DNA of 64,000 nt. Source: an uncultured delta proteobacterium (lineage in GTDB: Bacteria; Desulfobacterota; BSN033; UBA1163). Within the stretch, counting starts at the first letter, position 1. Every line of letters starts with the position of its first letter. Under the pieces are notes generated by a model. It saw only the letters and a list, made by a program, of their open reading frames with translations, was not told the DNA's origin and searched no databases. Shown piece after piece: positions 21,034-29,914 of this stretch. The position numbers and the translations under genes were made by a program. The stretch is taken from assembly GCA_963827685.1 (NCBI GenBank), contig CAWHBU010000008.1:11027-75026 (forward strand). Reading direction: 5' to 3'.

Positions 21034-22763
21034 TCTCTGCCCTGCCTGCGCATATTTTCAACAGATTTCACAAAATCCGGAGCCTGTGCCTTTTTCATCC
21101 ATTCAGACCAAATATCAATGGTGGCGCTCAGCGGTTTTTCATTTGGAGGATTAACTTTAATCCGGCTAGACAACAAAACCGCGTCGCCAAGTACCAAGGC
21201 TTCTCCGATATCCATAATTGGCAGCACATCCAGCAAACTCTCCAGGCTCTCTGGCATAAGCTTACGGACTGTGGTTTGGTCATCTGCATTGCTCAGGCGC
21301 AAGGCAATTACATTGTTGCATTGACTTAAAACTGTTGGACTAACATCTGAAGGCCTCTGACTGACAATGAGCAATGCTACTCCGTACTTCCTGCCTTCTT
21401 TGGCAATCTTTTCAAAAGCCTCAACGGCCCGCTGCTCAACTGGATTTTTCCCTTCCTTTTTCGGTATATAGAGATGGGCTTCATCACAAATGAATGCAAG
21501 GGGGCGACGTTTGTCATGATCGGTCCAAAATTGAATCTGGTAGATAATCCGTGCAACCAATCCCACAATGACCGGAAGGATATCTGCGGGCACCTCGGAG
21601 AAGTCGATTACTTTGATCTGCGCCCCTGGAGTATCATAGTCCATCAAGTTAGCGGCAGTGCGTGCCATAGATTCATATTTATGCTCAGAGTCTGGGGCCT
21701 GGAACAGGAAACCATATCGCTTATCGCTCAACTTGCTCCGAATGCGGGTTAGTAAGCGACTGAACTGCCCGTAGAAGTCTCCCTGTTTAAGGCCTCGGGC
21801 TCCCTGGACCATTTCTTCATTCATATTTCTAAGCTCTTCCAATACTGCGTTAAGTGAGAATGGAATTGGGCTATCGAGCGTGAATGCATTAAGAACTTCC
21901 GTTTTTCGCAAATCCTCAAGTGTTTTCTTTTTCTGTGCAATTACCGCATCCTGAAACGCCATCACCTGATTATGGGCACTGAATTCGGTTCGATCAATAA
22001 ACATGGCCTGCATTTCTTCGGCATTTAAAAGCCAATATGGTAGATAAAGAAGCTCCTCAGAAGTTCTCCGCAGATCCTCAGGGCCGGGAATCCGAAGATG
22101 TCGGGCATAAGTTAGATCCCGGTATTCCCCGTGCAGATCAAAGATAATCAAATTGGCGGAGGGTAGTTTGGCCGCTCGTTCCAAAATTGAGGCGACTGCC
22201 CAGGATTTACCTGACCCTGTGCTTCCTAGTAACGCTGCGTGACGTTGGAAAAGTTTGTTTCCATCCAAATAGGCTATAGCATTTTCGTCAATGGTATACT
22301 TTCCCAACTCAAGAGAATGCGCTTTATCGCCCTCTTCTGAAAGAACTCCCATGAAATTTTCCAGTTGGGCATCCCGTAAAATGTGGCACTCAGCGTCTAT
22401 CTCAGGCACATGTACAAGTGAACGAGAAAATGTCGGCCTCCCTTTGTTGGCATCCCACCGAACCGTTCCTACAAGCGTTAAACGGACCGTATTAACAACA
22501 TTTTCAATTTTATTAATTTCGTTTTCAGTACTTTCTTGTATGTCGTCCAATTCTTTTTCTTGGATCGCAACTGACTTTATTACTTTTTCAATAATACCAA
22601 TCAACCAGGACTCCACGGCACCCATAAGCCTCAAAGCCACCAATTGCCCAACTCGCGCTTTCCTTAGGTCTTCATCAGTTTTTACAAAGATGGATACCCT
22701 TCGAGTGTCAACTTCGCGAACTTGTCCTAAAAGATGTGAAGTATCAAAAGTGAATATTGTCAT
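21030..22763 (-). CDS. herA: HerA/DUF87 ATPase (Sir2-HerA defence)
   Basis: N-terminal HAS-barrel-like region, RHAALLGSTGSGKS, FDLHGEY, ICDEAHLY, KEGRKYG, SQRPS. Confidence 0.88.
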   Translation of the reverse strand: MTIFTFDTSHLLGQVREVDTRRVSIFVKTDEDLRKARVGQLVALRLMGAVESWLIGIIEKVIKSVAIQEKELDDIQESTENEINKIENVVNTVRLTLVGTVRWDANKGRPTFSRSLVHVPEIDAECHILRDAQLENFMGVLSEEGDKAHSLELGKYTIDENAIAYLDGNKLFQRHAALLGSTGSGKSWAVASILERAAKLPSANLIIFDLHGEYRDLTYARHLRIPGPEDLRRTSEELLYLPYWLLNAEEMQAMFIDRTEFSAHNQVMAFQDAVIAQKKKTLEDLRKTEVLNAFTLDSPIPFSLNAVLEELRNMNEEMVQGARGLKQGDFYGQFSRLLTRIRSKLSDKRYGFLFQAPDSEHKYESMARTAANLMDYDTPGAQIKVIDFSEVPADILPVIVGLVARIIYQIQFWTDHDKRRPLAFICDEAHLYIPKKEGKNPVEQRAVEAFEKIAKEGRKYGVALLIVSQRPSDVSPTVLSQCNNVIALRLSNADDQTTVRKLMPESLESLLDVLPIMDIGEALVLGDAVLLSSRIKVNPPNEKPLSATIDIWSEWMKKAQAPDFVKSVENMRRQGRD

Positions 22764-22765
22764 AA

Positions 22766-23866
22766 TTATCCTCCCATAATTTCTTTTGTAAATTCGTGGA
22801 AATCCCAAAGTCGTTTATCTGCTAAAGTAAGCCTGTCAGTATACTTACGGTTGAAGATGCATGTGCTTTCGTCCCTTTCATTCTGATGTTTACATACTGA
22901 CCAAAGGTTGTCGCAATCGCGTAGCAACTCCTCAATCTTTTTATTGATGTCTCTGGTAATAATTAACCCAGGGCATTTTTGTTCCTTCAACTTCCGCATT
23001 AAGGAACTATTGTTAAGTTGAGAGTCATTGAAACCAAAACCAATAAAAAGAAACGCATTGTGCTTCTCTATAGCATCATCATATTTTCCCAAAAGATCAT
23101 TGCGGTTTTGATGAAGTCGTTTGTATTTTAATGTACCGGGTGTAATAATAATGCGTTCCACGCCATCAGGTACATCGAACAACCAAGCATTGTTTTCAAC
23201 GACTAAATTATCTATTTTGAAAGTGTTAAGAGAACCATGGACTTTATAGAGTCGAATATGCTTCCTGAATTTTGGAGCCTTCTTGAGCTTACTTGCTATT
23301 GGAATACTTTCAACAAAAGTAACCCCTCGCTCGCACTGTTGCCAATCAAGGTGGCGGCATATCCCACCCACAAAACCCGTAATGTATGAAATACCAGCTT
23401 TCTCAAAAGCATATTCTGCCAGAAGGTCATAGTTTGGTGTAGCTACATGCAAGACAGGATCAGTTCCCTGAAGACCATCAATAAGTTTCTTAAATAAGCC
23501 CGTAGCAGGCCATTCAACGATTCCGGTCATGATCTTGTGCGAATATTCCTTGTCGAGAGTTGAAACGAAATCGGCAGTAATTCTTATTATATGTTTAACA
23601 ATTTGATCATCCCGAATCATATCCATGGCTGATTCAAGGTCTTTACCATTGCGTATGGCGCTTACTACTGCTTTCCACTGTTCTTCTTGGGGTTTTGAAA
23701 GACATATTTTAAGCATCTCGGAAAAGAGCTGATCCTGTAATCCGGGCATCCCATAGCGGGAATCCAAAGCACATGATGTTCCCGTTCCGAAAAGAACCAT
23801 TGGGGTTTCGCCAAAAAACTTTTGCAGTTCCTTGTAAGCTATATCTTTAGTAAGCGTAGGACTCAT
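22766..23866 (-). CDS. SIR2-family protein (putative NADase effector)
   Basis: LFGTGTS, ATPNYDLLAE, LYKVHGSLN, FIGFGFND; directly upstream of herA. Confidence 0.88.
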   Translation of the reverse strand: MSPTLTKDIAYKELQKFFGETPMVLFGTGTSCALDSRYGMPGLQDQLFSEMLKICLSKPQEEQWKAVVSAIRNGKDLESAMDMIRDDQIVKHIIRITADFVSTLDKEYSHKIMTGIVEWPATGLFKKLIDGLQGTDPVLHVATPNYDLLAEYAFEKAGISYITGFVGGICRHLDWQQCERGVTFVESIPIASKLKKAPKFRKHIRLYKVHGSLNTFKIDNLVVENNAWLFDVPDGVERIIITPGTLKYKRLHQNRNDLLGKYDDAIEKHNAFLFIGFGFNDSQLNNSSLMRKLKEQKCPGLIITRDINKKIEELLRDCDNLWSVCKHQNERDESTCIFNRKYTDRLTLADKRLWDFHEFTKEIMGG

Positions 23867-23940
23867 AAAGTTTTTTTCTGGAGCCTCCGTTCGTCTACCC
23901 TTCTGACAAACTCTGCCATAAGGTTAAATGAATGCAATAA

Positions 23941-24052
23941 GGCCACATCTTCAGATGCCATGAATTTGTCCGATGTTTTTTGGTGTCTCCCCGTGTTCCG
24001 GCACTTCCTGGTTCAGAGAATACACCTCTCAGATTTCTATGTCAAACATAAG
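23941..24052 (-). promoter_or_regulatory. Repeat family B, copy 1: promoter plus leader upstream of sir2
   Basis: TTGACA (24040-24045) -17 bp- TATTCT (24017-24022); copies at 25509 and 46107. Confidence 0.65.
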
Positions 24053-24130
24053 TTTTCTTGTTTCCGAAGCTTGAAAGAAGGTTTTGAAAAGAGGCCCGAG
24101 CACCAGGTTGGGACGTGAGGCATATAGAAG

Positions 24131-24245
24131 TGTCTTCGGGGTCAGACTTAATTATTGAGATTTTTTCTTGCTCTCTTTAAATACAAGATAATCTTTCGTT
24201 CTGTTCCTAAATGTCAATATTTAGGTCTGAGCCCATGACCCCAGG
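24131..24245. repeat. GGGGTCAGAC palindromic element, copy 2
   Basis: Direct repeat of 18033-18140. Confidence 0.85.
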
Positions 24246-24309
24246 CTTTTTCTCCCTTTTTCATAGCTCCCTCTTAATTGGAAATTGAATGGTATTCGTG
24301 GTCAAGTTT

Positions 24310-25455
24310 CTGTCCTTTTGCCCTCGCGTGCGGGCCCATCTTTCGGTAGCACGAACCAGAACGTACTTCCTTTGTCGACTTCGCTTTTCACCCCAATGGA
24401 GCCACCGTGGGCCTCCACGGCCAACTTGCAGAATGTGAGCCCGAGCCCGTCGAGAACTTCCGTTGGCTGGCGCGTGCCTCAACTTGTCCAAACTTCTCGA
24501 AAATCTTCTCCAAGTATTCCGCCGGGATCCCAGGGCCGTTGTCCCGCACCGTCACGCATATACGATCCTCATGCGGCTCGATACCCAACCGGATCCAACC
24601 ATCGGAGGGGGTGAACTTCAGTGCGTTTCCCAGAAGGTTCTGGATCACACGGAGAAGGAGATCCCCATCGGCAACCACGGTCACGGGTGCAGGCGGCGCA
24701 TCCAGAACCATCTCCCGTCCTTCTTTGAGTGACTGCATGTCAGACATGAGGTCGGCGGCAATACGGACCAGATCACACTCCGCAAGATGGAGTTTCATTT
24801 CCCCTGCCTCCATTTTGCTCACGTCCAGCACAGCGCTGACCATGCCAATCACTGCTGTTGTTGAGCGCTTCGCTGTCTGGAGATACTCGAGGCCATCTTC
24901 CGTGAGAGTTTCCTTTCCGAGCTCCAACGCCAAGTCCAGGAAACCGGAGATCCCGGTCAGCGGACTACGAAGGTCATGCACGATCATATGCACCAGGTTG
25001 TCCCGCAGCTCTTCAAGCCTGCGCATCCGCTCGTAGTTCTCTCTCAATTTGCGCCGCTGACGCTGGAGTTCCAGATGGGTACTGACCCGGGCGGCCACCT
25101 CTTCAAACTGGAACGGCTTGGTCACGTAGTCCACGCCGCCAACGCCGAAGGCCCTGACCTTGTCCATCGTCTCGTTCAGAGCGCTGATGAAAATGACCGG
25201 GATCTCTCTCAGTTTTTCGTCAGCCTTCAGCCGCTCGCACACCTCATAGCCATCCATTTCCGGCATCATGATATCGAGAAGGATAAGGTCGGGCGGGTCG
25301 TTTTTCGCCGCCTGCAGGGCGAGTTTTCCGCTTGGCACCGGCCGGACCTTATATCCCCGTTCCTTAAGCATCCCGGTCAGCAATTGGAGATTCGCCGGTG
25401 TGTCATCGACGACGATGATATTCGGTACGTCCTCACGACTCGTTCGTCGTTCCAT
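24310..25455 (-). CDS. Receiver-histidine kinase hybrid (frameshift near 24445)
   Basis: Receiver nearly identical to the 11587 gene; [20 protein letters not shown]; [25 protein letters not shown] continues in another frame. Confidence 0.85.
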
Positions 25456-25508
25456 TAGTCGTCCCTCCAGTTGGTAGTAGGTCGAGCAGTTTCTGGCGGG
25501 AGGAACAC

Positions 25509-25622
25509 GGTCACATCTTCAGATGTCATCAATTTGTCTTATTATTTTTTGTGTCTCTCCGTATGCGGGCACTTCCTGGTTCAGAGAATACACCTCTCAA
25601 ATTTCTATGTCAAACATAAGTT
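25509..25622 (-). promoter_or_regulatory. Repeat family B, copy 2
   Basis: TTGACA (25608-25613) -17 bp- TATTCT (25585-25590). Confidence 0.65.
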
Positions 25623-25835
25623 TCAATTTTTCCAAAGAAAGTTTGGAGATGAATCTACGTCAAGATCTGTCGATTTTGGATTAGAAGAGAGTGAATCTCT
25701 TGGGGACATCTCTTGGGGACGGTTCTTATATTCTGATTCAATAACAATTAGATACAAACTATTTTATTGGTCTCTCCATTTTTGTCCTATGTCAAGGGCA
25801 GATCTTGTGTTCTTATTTTTGGCGTTTCCTGCATC

Positions 25836-26309
25836 TCAGAAGGTCCAGTGCTCCCGTCGCATCAGCCCCAGCAAGTTTATGCATGGGATGCCGAGATCAC
25901 GGCATACGTCGGGTATGTAGTGAGTTCTCTTGGCGCTCTTCTTCTCTGCAGCCGAGGTTTCCTGCGACACAACTGTGCCGCCTTTCACCTTGGCAAGCGC
26001 TATAACGTAAGCATCGGCTGACTGATGAAGGCTCTTGGGATCCATCAAATCCGGATATTTGGATTCGATGTTTGCTGCTTCCGTCTGTACCAGGGGATCA
26101 AGCGTCACAAAAAGAGCCGGATTCTTTTTCGCCCACGCCCGCAATTCGGGGGTTCCCACAGCGTCGATTTCTTCTTTCACAAGCTCAACGGCAGAGCATT
26201 GACCAGCGACAACCAGTCCCTCGATTTTTGCTACCAGTGAGATAAAAACATCAGGCGGATAAAACCGTGCCTGCCAATCCATAAACACACTGGTATCGAA
26301 AGAGTACAT
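25836..26309 (-). CDS. DUF4411-like PIN-domain protein (putative toxin)
   Basis: MYSFDTSVF..ADAYVIALA..VVSQE..IPDVCRDLGIPCINL. Confidence 0.85.
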   Translation of the reverse strand: MYSFDTSVFMDWQARFYPPDVFISLVAKIEGLVVAGQCSAVELVKEEIDAVGTPELRAWAKKNPALFVTLDPLVQTEAANIESKYPDLMDPKSLHQSADAYVIALAKVKGGTVVSQETSAAEKKSAKRTHYIPDVCRDLGIPCINLLGLMRREHWTF

Positions 26310-26319
26310 TCTTTTTCCG

Positions 26320-27525
26320 TTATTCTCCGTCGTCAAAGGCGCCCGCAGGTCCCATAGGCTCCATGCGGAGTTCATTCCGTAGCTTGTCGAAGTGATCGAA
26401 CCGCAAATCAAGATATCGGCTCGCCTGGACTGCCGTGATTCGATTCATATCCAACGCTTCCAGTACCAACTGAACAAAGGACCGGCCGCTTCTTCCGAGC
26501 GTCTTGCCTACAGGGGACGCAAAGCCCTTCCGTTTCGGGAGTGTGCCGACGTATTGGTTCCATTCTAATTTCCACCGGTTGTAACCTTCCCACGACAGCG
26601 CACCGGCGGTCCGCAACCGTGTTGCCATCGCCAACGGTGTTATATTGAATTTGCCGGCGAGCGATCGCATCGAGGAAATATCCCATGCATCAGGTGAAAC
26701 ATCCATTCTCTGCAAAATTGAGGAAAGCATTTCCTGAGGAATGAGTGCGGCACTGGCGGCCTCCTCGGCGAATCGTTCGACTTCCAGCCAGCCGGCATCA
26801 TCGCGGGTCTCACCGAGGGCAGCGCGTTCCTCATTGCCAACCGCAAGCGCAAGGTGAGTAAGCTCATGCAATAAAGTAAAACTCCGTGCGCCGGGAGACG
26901 ACTCTTTGCTGTTAATACCTATCGCAGGCAATGGGAACTTAAACAACGTGACTCCCCGTGCCTGGGCAAGGCTCACTCTAGGAAACTGAAACACCAGCAC
27001 GCCTGCTGTTTCGACGGCCTCTCGCCAGCGGCGCCATGCCTGCCAATCGGACGTCCATCCGAGCTGTTCATCCCCGGTAATGCCAAGAGCTTCGCGCAGT
27101 CGTGCGCCAACGCCTGCTGTGCTTTCGGACAGATGAGCGTTAAAGTTGAAGTCCTCCACGCGCGCACCCAGTTCTTCACTCAACTCCAGTGCCACTTCCC
27201 GTCGCTGCGACATGACCCTCAGGGCAAGCCGGAATTCCGGCGATTCAACGCCCGGCCGGACACCCGGCAACCGACGGTACTCTGCCGCAAGGGGGGGCAG
27301 AGTCGGAGGTTCAGGGAGGAAGAAAACGCCGAACGGCCGGCGGTAGAACTTGGCAAGATCTTGGGCTTGCCGCACTGTGGGCTTTAAATCACCACGCTCC
27401 CAGGCAAGCAGGCGTTCCAGCTTTACATTCAGCCGCTTGGCCACCGGCTCCGGCGGATACCCGCTCTCTTGCCGCGCCCAGGTGAGCACAGTTGGATTGA
27501 CGAGTGCTTGTGTAGAAGTTCTCAT
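26320..27525 (-). CDS. XRE HTH + ImmA/IrrE Zn metallopeptidase
   Basis: N-terminal HTH (LTWARQESG..WERGDLKPT); FTLLHELTH (HExxH); EVERFAEEAA. Confidence 0.9.
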   Translation of the reverse strand: MRTSTQALVNPTVLTWARQESGYPPEPVAKRLNVKLERLLAWERGDLKPTVRQAQDLAKFYRRPFGVFFLPEPPTLPPLAAEYRRLPGVRPGVESPEFRLALRVMSQRREVALELSEELGARVEDFNFNAHLSESTAGVGARLREALGITGDEQLGWTSDWQAWRRWREAVETAGVLVFQFPRVSLAQARGVTLFKFPLPAIGINSKESSPGARSFTLLHELTHLALAVGNEERAALGETRDDAGWLEVERFAEEAASAALIPQEMLSSILQRMDVSPDAWDISSMRSLAGKFNITPLAMATRLRTAGALSWEGYNRWKLEWNQYVGTLPKRKGFASPVGKTLGRSGRSFVQLVLEALDMNRITAVQASRYLDLRFDHFDKLRNELRMEPMGPAGAFDDGE

Positions 27526-27580
27526 ATTTAAATTATACCCAATCTTCAGTGCTATCGGCAATCCAAGAAAGAATCAGGAT

Positions 27581-27660
27581 TTGGGATCAGATCTTCACGG
27601 GTTGTTGATTGGAATATATCTATTTTATGAAAATTGGTCAACCGAAACTTTTGGAAAGAA
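27581..27660 (-). promoter_or_regulatory. Repeat family C, copy 1
   Basis: TTGACC (27636-27641) -17 bp- TATATT (27613-27618). Confidence 0.65.
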
Positions 27661-27704
27661 GTCCTCCTTGTAGGACCATCTCCAAGCTATTTTACCCGCA
27701 CTTC

Positions 27705-28187
27705 TCATAGGTTTCCGGTAGTGTTTTGCCTCGACTTGCTGTCTTTAATCCTTTGAGTAAAATCCTTCAAGGTTTGATTCATTGGTTCCCCAAGAATATA
27801 GCGTACCTCAACTTTGTCTTTTTCAATAAGTATCTTACCAGCACGACCTTTTACGATAGTATTTCTCTCGTCTATCAAAAAAATGCACCGTTCGTTAAGC
27901 ACGAAACGGGCCTCAAAATTCGAGCGTGGATAGTAGGTTATATCAATTTGTTTGCCTTCGTAGTTTCCCACTATAATCTGCTCAATCTCGATTGTCGCAA
28001 CTGCCATCTTATGAAAAATGGGGTCCTCGATTCTGAGCACTTTTCCGATAACTACTATTTTAGATTCCTTAATCATTTCGTCCAATGGGATTTCATGCAA
28101 CTTCGCTTTCCTGTGTGGAGGACCCGGGAGAAAAGCGGCCAACAAAGTGAGAAAATGGTCGAGAAAATCGAGAAAATCGCCGGGCAT
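27705..28187 (-). CDS. Hypothetical protein
   Basis: 160-aa ORF with RBS; EMIKESKIVVIGKV suggests a secreted beta-fold protein. Confidence 0.65.
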   Translation of the reverse strand: MPGDFLDFLDHFLTLLAAFLPGPPHRKAKLHEIPLDEMIKESKIVVIGKVLRIEDPIFHKMAVATIEIEQIIVGNYEGKQIDITYYPRSNFEARFVLNERCIFLIDERNTIVKGRAGKILIEKDKVEVRYILGEPMNQTLKDFTQRIKDSKSRQNTTGNL

Positions 28188-28272
28188 TCGAATAAAACCC
28201 CTTTTCAGGAAAAATTCATTTAATCCAAGTCTGCGGGGATTCTTAATACCTGATGCAAACTATACGTGGTTC

Positions 28273-28445
28273 CGGGGTCGGATCTTTATCCTTATTGCCT
28301 ATATTTCACGAAAGTTTTCTTCTGACCCCAGGCTTTTTTCCTAAAAACGAAAAAATATCTGCACCGCCACCCTGGGGTTTAATGATTGGAATATATCTAT
28401 TTTGTGAAAATTGGTCAACCGAAACTTTCAGAAAGAAAGCAAGGA
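28273..28445 (-). promoter_or_regulatory. GGGGTC..GACCCC unit plus repeat family C, copy 2
   Basis: TTGACC (28413-28418) -17 bp- TATATT (28390-28395). Confidence 0.65.
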
Positions 28446-28569
28446 AAAACTGGTTGCCAATTTCCACGAACAAATCATCTTGAGCTTTTTCTGGACTAAC
28501 GGTATATAGAGTTAAGCATCATCTAAGAAATCAACGAAGAGTTGAAGTGACCGAGTCGAAGGAGAGAAT

Positions 28570-29304
28570 ATGGACTCCCTTATGGATCCTTTTGCAATGG
28601 CTGAAAGATTAAGGAAGATCGTTAGCTTTGGGGAAAAAAGGAAATATTACCGATTTCGCCCTGCTCCGTTTTATGGAGGGATTGCCACTGCTGATTGTGT
28701 GGGATGTTGTCTGAAATGTCTTTTTTGCTGGTCCTGGAATATCATCGTTCAACCAGAAAAGGCCGGGCGATTCTATTCCCCTCAGGAAGTGGCCAGAAAC
28801 CTCCTCTCCATCGTTAAAAAGAAAGGATTTCGCCAGGTCAGAATCAGCGGGAACGAACCTACCCTTCATCGTTCTCACCTCTTACAGGTTCTTCAGGTCA
28901 TCCCTAAAGAAATCCATTTCATCCTGGAAACCAATGGCATTTTAATTGGCGATGACCCTTCTTATGCAAAAGACCTCTCCCGTTTTCCTAATCTTTATGT
29001 CCGGGTGAGCTTGAAGGGTGCCTGTCCCGAAGAGTTCTCACGTCTCACCGGTACAAGGTCTGAAGGATTCGCCTTGCAATTAAAAGCACTGGAGAACCTT
29101 TTAGGGGAAGGAGTGGACTGTTTCCCAGCGGTCATGGCCAATTTTTCCTCGCCGGGGGAAATTGAGCAATTGAGACAAATATTGAAAGAGATCCGGTCAG
29201 ATTTTGCTGACTTTGAAGAAGAGGAACTGATCCTCTATCCTTTTGTTGTGGACCATCTCCAGAGGGCCGGGCTAAAATGGACCGGAGGTTGCACTCCCAA
29301 TTAG
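28570..29304 (+). CDS. Radical SAM protein
   Basis: CVGCCLKCLFCWSW (CxxxCxxC), RISGNEP, LETNG. Confidence 0.88.
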   Translation: MDSLMDPFAMAERLRKIVSFGEKRKYYRFRPAPFYGGIATADCVGCCLKCLFCWSWNIIVQPEKAGRFYSPQEVARNLLSIVKKKGFRQVRISGNEPTLHRSHLLQVLQVIPKEIHFILETNGILIGDDPSYAKDLSRFPNLYVRVSLKGACPEEFSRLTGTRSEGFALQLKALENLLGEGVDCFPAVMANFSSPGEIEQLRQILKEIRSDFADFEEEELILYPFVVDHLQRAGLKWTGGCTPN

Positions 29305-29307
29305 ATT

Positions 29308-29640
29308 ATGGAAAAAGAAGCGTATCTATACCATGAACTCGACCAAGGAAAGGTCTTGTGCCTCACCTGTCAGAGAAAATGTATTATTCCCGAAGGCCAA
29401 AAGGGTTGGTGTCAAACAAGAGAGAACAAAGGCGGAAAACTATTTAGCCTGATCTATGGAGAGGTCTCTATACTCTCCATAAACCCTATCGAAAAGAAAC
29501 CTGTCTTTCACTTTTACCCCGGATCCAGCTGGCTTTCCCTGGGAAGCCTGGGATGCAATTTCCGCTGTCCCGGATGTCAGAATTGGGATATCGCCCACTG
29601 GAAGGACAGATGGGAGACCCGGGGTCAGGTCTTGCAATAA
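29308..29640 (+). pseudogene. Truncated AmmeMemoRadiSam-type radical SAM gene
   Basis: CLTCQRKC..INPIEKKPVFHFYPGS..GCNFRCPGCQNWDI; cut off at GGGGTCAGGTCTTGC (29621). Confidence 0.82.
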
Positions 29641-29652
29641 TACAATGGCTCT

Positions 29653-29914
29653 GGGGGCGAATCTTTATTCTTGATTTTATCTATATTTCACGAAAGTTTC
29701 CCTCTGGCACCAGGTTTTTTCCCCTGAAATTGAAGAAATATCTGCACCGCCACCCTGTGGATTCCTGATTGGAATATATCTATTTTATGAAAATTGGTCA
29801 ACCGAAACTTTCAGATCGAAAGAGTCAAAGAAGTGGGATACTTGTAACATCTACAACGAGTGAAGATATGCTCTCTGTATGATCTGAAGATTTACGATTG
29901 AAATCGAGTATAAC
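29653..29914 (-). promoter_or_regulatory. GGGG unit, repeat family C copy 3 and terminus module D
   Basis: TTGACC (29796-29801) -17 bp- TATATT (29773-29778); module bounded by GTTATAC (29908-29914). Confidence 0.65.
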
